The notes beneath the pieces are model-generated. The model was not told the origin of the DNA and made no database searches. It saw only the letters and a program-made list of their open reading frames with translations. The translations under genes were made by a program, and so were the position numbers. From a virus, in the IMG/VR virus record IMGVR_UViG_3300044977_000070, positions 1 to 64,000 of that record: a stretch of DNA of 64,000 bases; one strand, written 5' to 3'. Of the stretch, positions 22,909-30,761 are shown in pieces. How positions within the stretch are numbered: position 1 is the first letter of the stretch; every line of letters begins with the position of its first letter.

Positions 22909-23358
22909 ATGGGCGTTGCCGTAAATTTCGACTACAATGGCTGGATCCAGGCATACCCCAATTTTAGCTATGTGCCGATCGAGCTCGCGCAGACATATTT
23001 CAACATAGCGACAAGTTATCTCAGGAATGACGGCGGGGGCGTCGTGAACAACCCCGTCTATCAGGACATGTATCTGAAGATGATCATGTCCCATCTCGCG
23101 CAATTATTGGCGCCGGATGCCCAGGGACAGCCCGCGTCCTCGATCGTAGGGCGTATCACGAATGCAAGTGAGGGGTCCGTTAGCGTCGCATCCGAGATGA
23201 GTGGGCCGGATGCCGCGGCATTTTGGTACCAGACGAAATACGGCGCCATGTTTTGGAACGCCACTAAGCAATACCGCACTATGCGTTGGAAACGGGGACG
23301 GGTGCGTCGTATCGAGCCTTGGTTCGTCCCGGGTGGTCCCTTTGGGCCGGGTTGGTGA
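22909..23358 (+). CDS. head-tail connector protein (DUF4054-like)
   Basis: 149 aa. FDYNGWIQAYPNFSYVPIELAQTYFNIA ... MSHLAQLL ... GRITNASEGSVSVA follows the DUF4054 pattern. Confidence 0.65.
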   Translation: MGVAVNFDYNGWIQAYPNFSYVPIELAQTYFNIATSYLRNDGGGVVNNPVYQDMYLKMIMSHLAQLLAPDAQGQPASSIVGRITNASEGSVSVASEMSGPDAAAFWYQTKYGAMFWNATKQYRTMRWKRGRVRRIEPWFVPGGPFGPGW

Positions 23359-23372
23359 ATAGGAGAGTAGTC

Positions 23373-23573
23373 ATGGCACTATCAAATCAGGTCACGCAAA
23401 TCCAATCCATTCTGGCAAACATCCCACTGCCGACGCTTATCAGTTACCTTCAGTTAGTCTCAGTTATAGAAGGTACTGTCGCCAACAGCTCCGGGACGGT
23501 CACGATCGGCGGCGTCGCTTTGACGAACTATCAGTATTTTCAACTGGGCGAAGTGCTAGGGATCGTGTGGTAG
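23373..23573 (+). CDS. small hypothetical protein ending in FQLGEVLGIVW
   Basis: ATG at 23373 with an AGGAG ribosome-binding site; 66 aa. Confidence 0.45.
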   Translation: MALSNQVTQIQSILANIPLPTLISYLQLVSVIEGTVANSSGTVTIGGVALTNYQYFQLGEVLGIVW

Positions 23574-23574
23574 C

Positions 23575-24099
23575 ATGGATCAGATCTTTAAGTTGGGGGA
23601 AGTTTTAGGTCCGGCGGGTCCGGTGGGGGCCTTGGAACGTCCCCCCTCTGAAAAAAGGGAACGTAAATACTTGCCGACGTTCTCCGACCTCGTCGACCGC
23701 CTCACTATCTCGCAGATGAAGGCGATCTTTATTCCCGAGCGCAAGCGGGAGTATGTAGAGGAGATGGATTTGATCCTCCACGATCTCGACCTTATTCTTG
23801 AGGAAGGGGACGTCAGGCTGAATGCCCATGCGATCAAAGCCATTATCGTCATTATGCTGACGAATAGATTCATTTGGGAGAACGAGTCAAAAGCACGTGA
23901 AGGTGGTAATGAGCAGGATCAGCTACTTAAACTGACACACTCAATCAATGGGGTGCGAAATACAGCGAAGAACCAGCTCGCCGCTGTTATGGGTGGTCGG
24001 CACGACTACAAGATAGATGCCTTTGCAGCTAATCTGCCGACTGAGTTTAAAGCATGGGATATTTTCAATGATGGACGCGACGGTGAGGTTTCTGGATAA
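23575..24099 (+). CDS. hypothetical protein (first gene of the accessory island)
   Basis: 174 aa. The N-terminus is MDQIFKLGEVLG. The helical middle part, with NRFIWENESKAR and INGVRNTAKN, vaguely recalls DUF4254. Not verified. Confidence 0.45.
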   Translation: MDQIFKLGEVLGPAGPVGALERPPSEKRERKYLPTFSDLVDRLTISQMKAIFIPERKREYVEEMDLILHDLDLILEEGDVRLNAHAIKAIIVIMLTNRFIWENESKAREGGNEQDQLLKLTHSINGVRNTAKNQLAAVMGGRHDYKIDAFAANLPTEFKAWDIFNDGRDGEVSG

Positions 24100-24391
24100 G
24101 GGCAGGGGCGCGACGTGCGCGCCTAATCCGAAATATCCCAATGGCGTTGTCGTTGACATGTCGCGGGGGTTCGCCAAGAGATGTGGTTTCAAACTTCCTT
24201 ACCCCGCCCCCCGTTGTGGTGTCATGTATGTAGTATGTAACAAGTGTGGTGTGAGCGTCGGCATTACGGTTGCCGGGCGCCCTGACGATCCGCATACCGT
24301 GATCATTGGATGTCATGCCAACAAGTTCATGTTGATAGAGGACTTAGATAAGAATGAAAAAGCTTTTAACAGTTTTCTTTCTTCTAAGTAG
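24068..24391 (+). CDS. Cys-rich hypothetical protein
   Basis: The ORF is open from 24017; a plausible start is the ATG at 24068. Contains several Cys (CAPNP, RCG, CNKCG, GCH). Confidence 0.3.
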   Translation: MMDATVRFLDKGRGATCAPNPKYPNGVVVDMSRGFAKRCGFKLPYPAPRCGVMYVVCNKCGVSVGITVAGRPDDPHTVIIGCHANKFMLIEDLDKNEKAFNSFLSSK

Positions 24392-24704
24392 CTCAGCACT
24401 CGCTTTTGACAATGGGCAATATGGGAACGTAGACCCGAAGATTCGGGATTGGTTCAAGGGCGTTCGTAGTCCGAACGGTGTTCCATGCTGTGACATTGCC
24501 GATGGGCATTATACAAGTTGGCGTAAGTCGGAAACCGTTGGGTACGAGTTTGATGTGCCAATAGAGGGCGAGTGGGTTCCTGTGCCACCGTCCACTATCG
24601 TCAAGAACGCCCACAATCCCACGGGCGATGCCATTGTTTGGTATGTAAGGCAGACGCCGGGGGGTTGGTATATCCGGTGCTTCGTACTTGGGAGTGGCGC
24701 GTGA
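24354..24704 (+). CDS. secreted hypothetical protein
   Basis: 116 aa. Signal peptide MKKLLTVFFLLSSSALA; contains a CC pair (GVPCCDIADGHY). Confidence 0.5.
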   Translation: MKKLLTVFFLLSSSALAFDNGQYGNVDPKIRDWFKGVRSPNGVPCCDIADGHYTSWRKSETVGYEFDVPIEGEWVPVPPSTIVKNAHNPTGDAIVWYVRQTPGGWYIRCFVLGSGA

Positions 24705-25330
24705 AGTATTTATTGACTGCCGAGCAGCTTATTGGATTTGAGAAGACTATTGCCGATGCTTACAACTCGGGCGTCATTCGTGCGCCGGTGCATTTGTCGG
24801 GCGGCAATGAGGAACAACTTATCAAAATATTTAAGGACGTGGATGAGCAGGATTGGGTGTGCAGTGCATGGCGGTCGCACTATCACTGCCTACTGAAGGG
24901 AGTTCCTACGCAAACCTTTATGGAGGATATTTGGGCAGGAAGGTCGATTACGCTTTGCTATCCCGAGCAACGCGTTATTACGTCCGCGATCGTCGGCGGG
25001 ATCATTCCGATTGCCCTTGGCATTGCACTTGGGATCAAGCGACAAGGCGGCACCGAAAAGGTTTGGTGTTTCGTCGGCGACATGACGGCTGTCGGTGGGG
25101 CTTTTCATGAAGCCCTGAACTACGCGGTTGGTTCTGATCTTCCTATTAAGTTCATTATCGAGGATAATGGAAAATCTGTGGGCACGGATACGAGGGATGC
25201 GTGGGGTCCTGACTCCAAATCGGTTTTGGATTTGTATGATTATGAGTTTCCATATTCGAGTTATATTTATTATTACCAGTATGAATTGCCATGGCCCCAC
25301 GCGGGCGCTGGAAAATGGGTTGAGTTCTGA
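24701..25330 (+). CDS. thiamine-diphosphate enzyme, E1-alpha-like (PP-binding) subunit, short form
   Basis: GTG at 24701 overlaps the upstream stop (GTGA). The ThDP motif is GDMTAVGGAFHEALNYAVGSDLPIKFIIEDNG (GDG-x25-NN type). Confidence 0.62.
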   Translation: MKYLLTAEQLIGFEKTIADAYNSGVIRAPVHLSGGNEEQLIKIFKDVDEQDWVCSAWRSHYHCLLKGVPTQTFMEDIWAGRSITLCYPEQRVITSAIVGGIIPIALGIALGIKRQGGTEKVWCFVGDMTAVGGAFHEALNYAVGSDLPIKFIIEDNGKSVGTDTRDAWGPDSKSVLDLYDYEFPYSSYIYYYQYELPWPHAGAGKWVEF

Positions 25331-25332
25331 AA

Positions 25333-25515
25333 ATGGCAAATCATGTTGCGAAACGTATATGGACTTCTGATGGGCTTTGGGCCTATGAGTATGGAAGTGA
25401 CGGAAGTCTTATGAATATTATCCCGAGGGCCTATGTATCTGAGCCTGCGGATGAGGAAGTGGTTTCTGGCAGAAGTGCCGTCGAAGCCGTGTCAGTTTCA
25501 CAGAATGGCAATTAA
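25333..25515 (+). CDS. small hypothetical protein
   Basis: 60-aa ORF between the two ThDP subunit genes. Confidence 0.35.
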   Translation: MANHVAKRIWTSDGLWAYEYGSDGSLMNIIPRAYVSEPADEEVVSGRSAVEAVSVSQNGN

Positions 25516-26043
25516 ATGTCCGCATATTTCGATCGTCTTTGCGAGGCCATGGAATTGCTGGCGCAGCAGCCGCGCGTCCTGTTCATGGGGCAGGCGGTGG
25601 CATGCCCCGGTACCGGCATGAGTAGGAGTTTCAAGAATGTTCCTCCCGAAAGTTTGTTGGAATTGCCCGTCGCCGAGGACATGCAGATGGGCCTTTCTAT
25701 CGGTTATGCTCTCCAGGGTGGTTTCCCCGTCTCCATTTACCCACGTTTCAATTTTCTCCTGCTCGCAATTAACCAACTCGTCCTCCACCTCGACAAAATC
25801 CCGATTTACAGCAACGGGGGGTACAAGCCCAAGGTCATTATTCGGACGGCTGTTGGGGCGGAGACGCCGCTCTACCCGGGTGCGCAGCATGTAGGGAATT
25901 ATTGCGACCCCTTGCGTCTCATGTTGCAGAAGGTGGAGGTGATCGAGTTGCAGGAGGAAAGTCATATCCTCTCTGCGTACAGGTATGCAATTACGAGAAC
26001 GGATCGTTCTTTTCTTCTGGTCGAGCATGCCAGCAAATATTGA
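25516..26043 (+). CDS. thiamine-diphosphate enzyme, E1-beta/transketolase pyrimidine-binding-like subunit, short form
   Basis: 175 aa. LPVAEDMQMGLSIGYALQGGFPVSIYPRFNFLLLAINQLV parallels the E1-beta block (P-x-x-E-x-x-x-x-G-x-x-x-G-x-A-x-x-G). There is no C-terminal transketolase_C domain. Confidence 0.6.
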   Translation: MSAYFDRLCEAMELLAQQPRVLFMGQAVACPGTGMSRSFKNVPPESLLELPVAEDMQMGLSIGYALQGGFPVSIYPRFNFLLLAINQLVLHLDKIPIYSNGGYKPKVIIRTAVGAETPLYPGAQHVGNYCDPLRLMLQKVEVIELQEESHILSAYRYAITRTDRSFLLVEHASKY

Positions 26044-26051
26044 GGCGGCTA

Positions 26052-27248
26052 ATGGAAAGTTTTGAAATGGCAGCATCCAAGTGGTGGTATCCAACTGGCT
26101 TTGCGGCATGGGGGGACGAGGAACGACACGCGATCAATTGCGTCATGAAGAGCGGCCGTTTCACGTGTGGCGAACGCGTCGCGGCATTCGAGGAGGCCTT
26201 TGCCAGATATCATGGCCGCAAGTACGGGATCATGTGCAACTCGGGTTCGTCTGCGAACCTTCTCATGATTGCGACTTTATTTCATTTGCAGAATAGGCCA
26301 TTGCAGCGCGGTGACGTTGCGCTTGTCCCGGCCATTGCTTGGTCGACCACCTATGCCCCGCTAGTGCAATATGGGTTGCATATTAGTTTGATGGATTGCG
26401 ATGCCACATGGAACGCCAATACATTTTATAGGCCTTGTCGGCTTGTTGTTGGGTGTTCCATTCTTGGCAATCCCGCCGATTTGTCTAATCTTGCTTATCA
26501 TGCCGGTGAATGTGGCGCTTATTTCATTGAGGACAATTGCGAGAGCTTCGACGCACGATTGCCTGCCACTAATGGCGATGTATCGGCCTATGGCGACTTT
26601 GTGGGGGTGTGCGGGACATATGGCGTCATGTCCTCGTTCTCGTTCTTCTACTCGCACCAGATTTCCGCGATCGAGGGCGGCATGGTACTGACGGACGACA
26701 AGGAAATGGCGACGCTGTGTCGAATGCTGCGCGCGCATGGCTGGTCAAGGGATGTAGAACCCCCTGCTCATTTCGACCAGGAATACGACTTCCGCGTCTT
26801 TGGGTACAATGTTCGCCCCCTCGAATTGCACGCGGCAATAGCGCATGTTCAGCTGAGTAAGCAGGTCGAGCATAAGCGTCTTCGTCAGCAGAATATGAAA
26901 CTGTTCCGTGAGCTGACGAGGGGGCTGCCGATCAAGCACCCGACGCCTTATGGCGACATGAATCCATTCTGTCTTAACTTCATAGTGGATCACAATAGGG
27001 ACGGCGTGCAGCTGGATAATAGCAAACGCGCCGATCTTGTCCGCGCCTTGCGTGCCGCCTCGATAGATTGTAGATTGCCGACAGGCGGTTCCTTCCGCAA
27101 GCATAAGTACGGAAGGATTGCGCGACACCAAGAAACGCCCAACGCCGATCGTATCCACGACACAGGTCTTTTTCTAGGAAATGGCGCACTTGATCTCTCC
27201 GAGAGGATTGGTCGGGCGGTAGCCATTATGAAGGACGTTCTTGCATGA
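26052..27248 (+). CDS. DegT/DnrJ/EryC1/StrS-family PLP/PMP enzyme with His at the Schiff-base Lys position (ColD/E1-type sugar 3-dehydratase candidate)
   Basis: ATG at 26052; the ORF is open from 25902. NSGSSANL and SFSFFYSHQISAIEGGMVLTDD: where aminotransferases of this family have Lys, this protein has His (codon CAC at 26655-26657). Confidence 0.65.
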   Translation: MESFEMAASKWWYPTGFAAWGDEERHAINCVMKSGRFTCGERVAAFEEAFARYHGRKYGIMCNSGSSANLLMIATLFHLQNRPLQRGDVALVPAIAWSTTYAPLVQYGLHISLMDCDATWNANTFYRPCRLVVGCSILGNPADLSNLAYHAGECGAYFIEDNCESFDARLPATNGDVSAYGDFVGVCGTYGVMSSFSFFYSHQISAIEGGMVLTDDKEMATLCRMLRAHGWSRDVEPPAHFDQEYDFRVFGYNVRPLELHAAIAHVQLSKQVEHKRLRQQNMKLFRELTRGLPIKHPTPYGDMNPFCLNFIVDHNRDGVQLDNSKRADLVRALRAASIDCRLPTGGSFRKHKYGRIARHQETPNADRIHDTGLFLGNGALDLSERIGRAVAIMKDVLA

Positions 27249-28186
27249 CAACACGAGTTCTTATTACAGGCGGTGCAGGATACATTGGTTCTATTCTTAC
27301 GGAGTTGTTGATTGGTCCTCCCCATGACATTACAGGTTTTGACGTTGTGGTGGTGGACAGTTTTATGTGGAATCAAACAAGTCTCAATCACCTGTCCTGC
27401 AATCTCAACCTTGAAATCGTCAAGGGCGATTGCCGTGATATGCGGCTTATGGGACCATTGCTGAAGCAATGCGATGTGTTCATTCCGCTTGCGGCGCTTG
27501 TCGGTGCGCCTTTGTGCGAGCAGCGTCAAGAGGATGCACAGACGATTAATTGTGAAGCTGTGGACGACGCGGTCAAGCGCTTGAGTCCGGATCAACGCGT
27601 GCTCATCCCGAATACAAACAGCGGTTATGGGACGGTTCCTGTTGGAGAATGCACGGAGGAAACACCGTCCAATCCGTTGAGCGTTTATGGACGAACTAAG
27701 CAGGAAGCGGAAAACTTCGTTTTGCAGAGACGGAATGCCGTCAGCTTCCGTCTCGCGACCGTGTTCGGCATGAGCCCGCGGATGCGCATGGATTTGCTCG
27801 TCAATGACTTTGTATGGCGTGCCATGACGGACGGTTATGTCGTGCTCTATGAACCCGATGCCATGCGCAACTACATCCACATCCGGGACGTCGCACGCGT
27901 TTTCTTGCATGGGATTACGCAGATTCCCGATGGCGCTTATAATGTCGGACTGTCCACTGCCAACATGTCCAAGGTTGGGTTGTGCAAGGAAATACAAAAA
28001 CAGTTCCCATCTTTCGAGGTCAGAACTTCTTCTTTTGGCGTAGACCCTGACAAGCGGGATTACGTCGTATCGAATGCCAAAATTGAGAAGTCAGGCTTCA
28101 TGCCCAAGTTTGGTCTGGGCGAGGGCATTATGGAGTTGCGCAAGGGGTATCAGCAAATGCGGAGGCACCAGTATGGGAACGTATAG
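27245..28186 (+). CDS. NAD(P)-dependent sugar epimerase/reductase (extended SDR)
   Basis: 313 aa. Rossmann motif TGGAGYIGS and catalytic YGRTK (YxxxK). ATGA overlap with the upstream gene. Confidence 0.75.
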   Translation: MTTRVLITGGAGYIGSILTELLIGPPHDITGFDVVVVDSFMWNQTSLNHLSCNLNLEIVKGDCRDMRLMGPLLKQCDVFIPLAALVGAPLCEQRQEDAQTINCEAVDDAVKRLSPDQRVLIPNTNSGYGTVPVGECTEETPSNPLSVYGRTKQEAENFVLQRRNAVSFRLATVFGMSPRMRMDLLVNDFVWRAMTDGYVVLYEPDAMRNYIHIRDVARVFLHGITQIPDGAYNVGLSTANMSKVGLCKEIQKQFPSFEVRTSSFGVDPDKRDYVVSNAKIEKSGFMPKFGLGEGIMELRKGYQQMRRHQYGNV

Positions 28187-28472
28187 GTGCGCGGGCGCCG
28201 CCGCTGGTTTACTTTTCCTGACATTGCCGGCGTCGGCGACGTTGATTCCGTCCAATAATTGCGTGACATACGCGTGGTTTAGTACGCTTAAAGACAATCC
28301 CGTTGCGTGTCTCGATGTGAAGAGGCATCATATTCACCACGCGCGCCGTCACACACCGCACGTTAGGCTTGCCCTGCACCATCCCGACAAGGCGGTCCCC
28401 GGGTCCGGCAGTGTCCGCGAGGACATTTGGCAAATTATCCACGACATTGGGGTAACGACCCCTGCCCCGTAG
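28173..28472 (+). CDS. secreted His-rich hypothetical protein
   Basis: The ATG at 28173 gives MGTYRCAGAAAGLLFLTLPASA... followed by KRHHIHHARRHTPHVRLALHHP. 99 aa. Confidence 0.4.
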   Translation: MGTYRCAGAAAGLLFLTLPASATLIPSNNCVTYAWFSTLKDNPVACLDVKRHHIHHARRHTPHVRLALHHPDKAVPGSGSVREDIWQIIHDIGVTTPAP

Positions 28473-28559
28473 GGCGTCGCACAGTGCGGTAACGGCGGGG
28501 ACCCTAGGAATGGGTCCCCTTTCCCTTGAAAAACGTCCCATACCGAGGCATTGAGGCAC

Positions 28560-30095
28560 ATGCTTGATTTGTTAATTGTGAACGCGGGAGCAGCTCATGG
28601 TGTGTACGGATCGGATCTTGCTGATTCCCTTATTGCTGTCGAGCCGCCCCTGTGGTGTCGCCTGATTGCGGGGTACGTGCGCGATCATGGATTCTCTGTC
28701 GAGATTATCGACGGGGAGGCAGAGGGGATGTCCCCCGAGAGCATTGCAATCGAGGCGGCATTGGAGGCCCCCCGACTTGTTTGTATCGCCGTTTATGGTC
28801 ACCAACCCTCCGCCTCGACACAGCAAATGGACGCGGCATTGCGAATTGCCGCGCTCATTCATGAGAGAACCGCCGGTCACCAGGCGCAGATTCTCGTCGG
28901 TGGGCATGTCGCGGCCCTTCCCGAGCAGACGTTGCGCGAGAGCAAGGCGACCTTTGCCTGTAATGGCGAAGGACCAGAAACGGTGTTGCGGCTCCTGCAA
29001 AAGGAAAAACCCGCTTTAACACCATCATATGCGGATATTCCCGGCCTTGTGTGGCATTATCCTTATGACTTAACAGGTTCCACTTTCAAGTGGGAGGTTA
29101 TTAACAATCCCCCTGCCGAATTAATCGACGTTAACAAGTTGCATGGCAATGCATGGGATCTTTTGCCCATGCACAAATATAGGGCTCATAATTGGCAATG
29201 CTTCGACAACCTGGACTCCCGACAACCCTACGCGTCTGTCTACACGTCGCTTGGTTGTCCTTATGCGTGCTCTTTCTGTTGCATCAACTCGCCGTTCGGC
29301 AAGCGTCTTTATCGGCCGCGCAATCCAATGGCGGTCGCGGGGGAGATGCAGTTTCTCTACGAGAATTACGGAGTCAAGACATTCAAGATAGTGGACGAGA
29401 TGTTCGTCCTCAACGAGAGGCATTATCTTGGAGTAGCGAAGGAGATAATCAACCAACTGCCGGCGCACGAGCTGAATATTTGGGCCTACTCCCGCGTGGA
29501 TACGGTCAAGTCGGACAACCTGCCGATCCTCCGCAACGCGGGGTTCAAGTGGCTGGCGCTGGGGATCGAGAGCGAGAGCGCCTACGTGAGGGACGGGGCG
29601 AACAAGCGATTGAAGCGGGACGATATAGAGGAAGTCGTGCGGAAGATTCAGAGCTACGACATAAACGTCATAGGAAACTTCATATTCGGTCTTCCCGACG
29701 ACACCATGGACACGATGCGAGCTACGTTGGATTTGGCGTTGCGTCTTAACTGCGAGTTCGCCAATTTCTACTCTGCAATGGCGTATCCCGGAAGTCCCCT
29801 TTATGACGAGGCCGTGAAGAAAGGTTGGACGTTGCCCGATTCCTGGAAGGGGTATAGCCAACATAACTATGAATGCCGTCCCTTGGATACGCGTCACGTC
29901 AAGGCCGCCGAGGTTCTCAAGTTCAGGGACGAGGCCTTTCAAATCTACTTTCGCAATCCGAAGTACATTGACATGATAGATAGGAAGTTCGGCCCCCGTG
30001 CCGCCCTGCATGTTCGAGATATGACGAAGTTCAAATTGAAACGTCGTCTCATTGAAGAAACCCTCGCACCCGAATACGCGTGCGGAGGGCAGTAG
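28560..30095 (+). CDS. B12-binding-domain (class B) radical SAM enzyme, probable methyltransferase
   Basis: The ORF is open from 28551; the ATG is at 28560. N-terminal flavodoxin-like B12-type domain. CxxxCxxC cluster motif CPYACSFC. LALGIESES and FIFGLPDDT are typical of this class. Confidence 0.75.
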   Translation: MLDLLIVNAGAAHGVYGSDLADSLIAVEPPLWCRLIAGYVRDHGFSVEIIDGEAEGMSPESIAIEAALEAPRLVCIAVYGHQPSASTQQMDAALRIAALIHERTAGHQAQILVGGHVAALPEQTLRESKATFACNGEGPETVLRLLQKEKPALTPSYADIPGLVWHYPYDLTGSTFKWEVINNPPAELIDVNKLHGNAWDLLPMHKYRAHNWQCFDNLDSRQPYASVYTSLGCPYACSFCCINSPFGKRLYRPRNPMAVAGEMQFLYENYGVKTFKIVDEMFVLNERHYLGVAKEIINQLPAHELNIWAYSRVDTVKSDNLPILRNAGFKWLALGIESESAYVRDGANKRLKRDDIEEVVRKIQSYDINVIGNFIFGLPDDTMDTMRATLDLALRLNCEFANFYSAMAYPGSPLYDEAVKKGWTLPDSWKGYSQHNYECRPLDTRHVKAAEVLKFRDEAFQIYFRNPKYIDMIDRKFGPRAALHVRDMTKFKLKRRLIEETLAPEYACGGQ

Positions 30096-30149
30096 TCGTA
30101 CTGCGGTAGTTTTAACTATTCATTTTTAATGCCTATTCTTGTTATTCAA

Positions 30150-30176
30150 AGGAGGCGCTTAGTCGTAGCGCCTCCT
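30150..30176 (+). terminator. intrinsic terminator-like hairpin
   Basis: AGGAGGCGCT (30150-30159), a 7-nt loop, then AGCGCCTCCT (30167-30176), followed by ATTACTTTTAAT. Confidence 0.5.
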
Positions 30177-30215
30177 ATTACTTTTAATCCCCTTCCGTCT
30201 GGAAATTTGGCTGAT

Positions 30216-30761
30216 ATGAGCCTTCTCAAGAACGTCGCGAACCAGAACTTTACGTTCGCGCTTATCAATCCTGCAACTGACGCTGCGATGACCGGCGCGA
30301 CCATTACGGGGTTCGTGTCTAAGGATGGCGGCGCCCAGGCGTCCATTGCGGGTTCGGTTAGCGAGCTCGGCAACGGGGTTTATAACTACGTCCCGACCCA
30401 GGCGGAGACGAACGCTAATTGCGTTAGCTTCATGATGTCCGGTTCGACATCCAGCGGTACGGCCGTCCCTGAGAACCTTATGTTTCTCACGGGCGGGTTG
30501 CATAGGGCGACATCTGGGCAGCATATCACGTTCGGGCTATTCACGACGGCAGGCGTTGCCGATCCTAGCGCGACGGTTACGGTTAAGACTTCTAAGGATG
30601 GAAGTGCTCAGGCAGCCGGTGCGGGAACTGTAACGAATCTTGGTAATGGGCAATACGACTACGCACCGACGCAGGCGGAGACCGCCGGCAGCAATGTGTC
30701 GTTCCTCTTCACGGCGTCAGGTGACGTGCCTGTAAATATCTCGATCTTCACGGTGCCATGA
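30216..30761 (+). CDS. protein with a tandem-duplicated beta-rich domain
   Basis: ATG at 30216. The two halves align (SKDGGAQASIAGSVSELGNGVYNYVPTQAETNANCVSF against SKDGSAQAAGAGTVTNLGNGQYDYAPTQAETAGSNVSF). Confidence 0.5.
   Translation: MSLLKNVANQNFTFALINPATDAAMTGATITGFVSKDGGAQASIAGSVSELGNGVYNYVPTQAETNANCVSFMMSGSTSSGTAVPENLMFLTGGLHRATSGQHITFGLFTTAGVADPSATVTVKTSKDGSAQAAGAGTVTNLGNGQYDYAPTQAETAGSNVSFLFTASGDVPVNISIFTVP

Noticed and set aside
26990-27997. Long antisense ORFs overlapping + strand genes, for example 5492..6223, 12149..13030, 26990..27997, 29121..30011, 40988..41929, 43391..44182, 49158..49970, 56819..57592 and 19723..20457.
   Set aside because: Each lies fully inside a + strand ORF that has recognisable motifs or operon-consistent starts with ribosome-binding sites. 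Their translations are Arg/Pro/Gly-rich with no motifs, which is typical of shadow frames in moderately GC-rich DNA.
28173-30095. RiPP hypothesis: the class B radical SAM enzyme modifies the adjacent His-rich small protein or the Tyr-rich peptides.
   Set aside because: The candidate peptides have classical Sec signal peptides rather than RiPP leader peptides and are scattered over 23 kb. No RiPP recognition element, leader protease or transporter is evident. The immediate neighbours of the radical SAM gene are sugar-tailoring enzymes.
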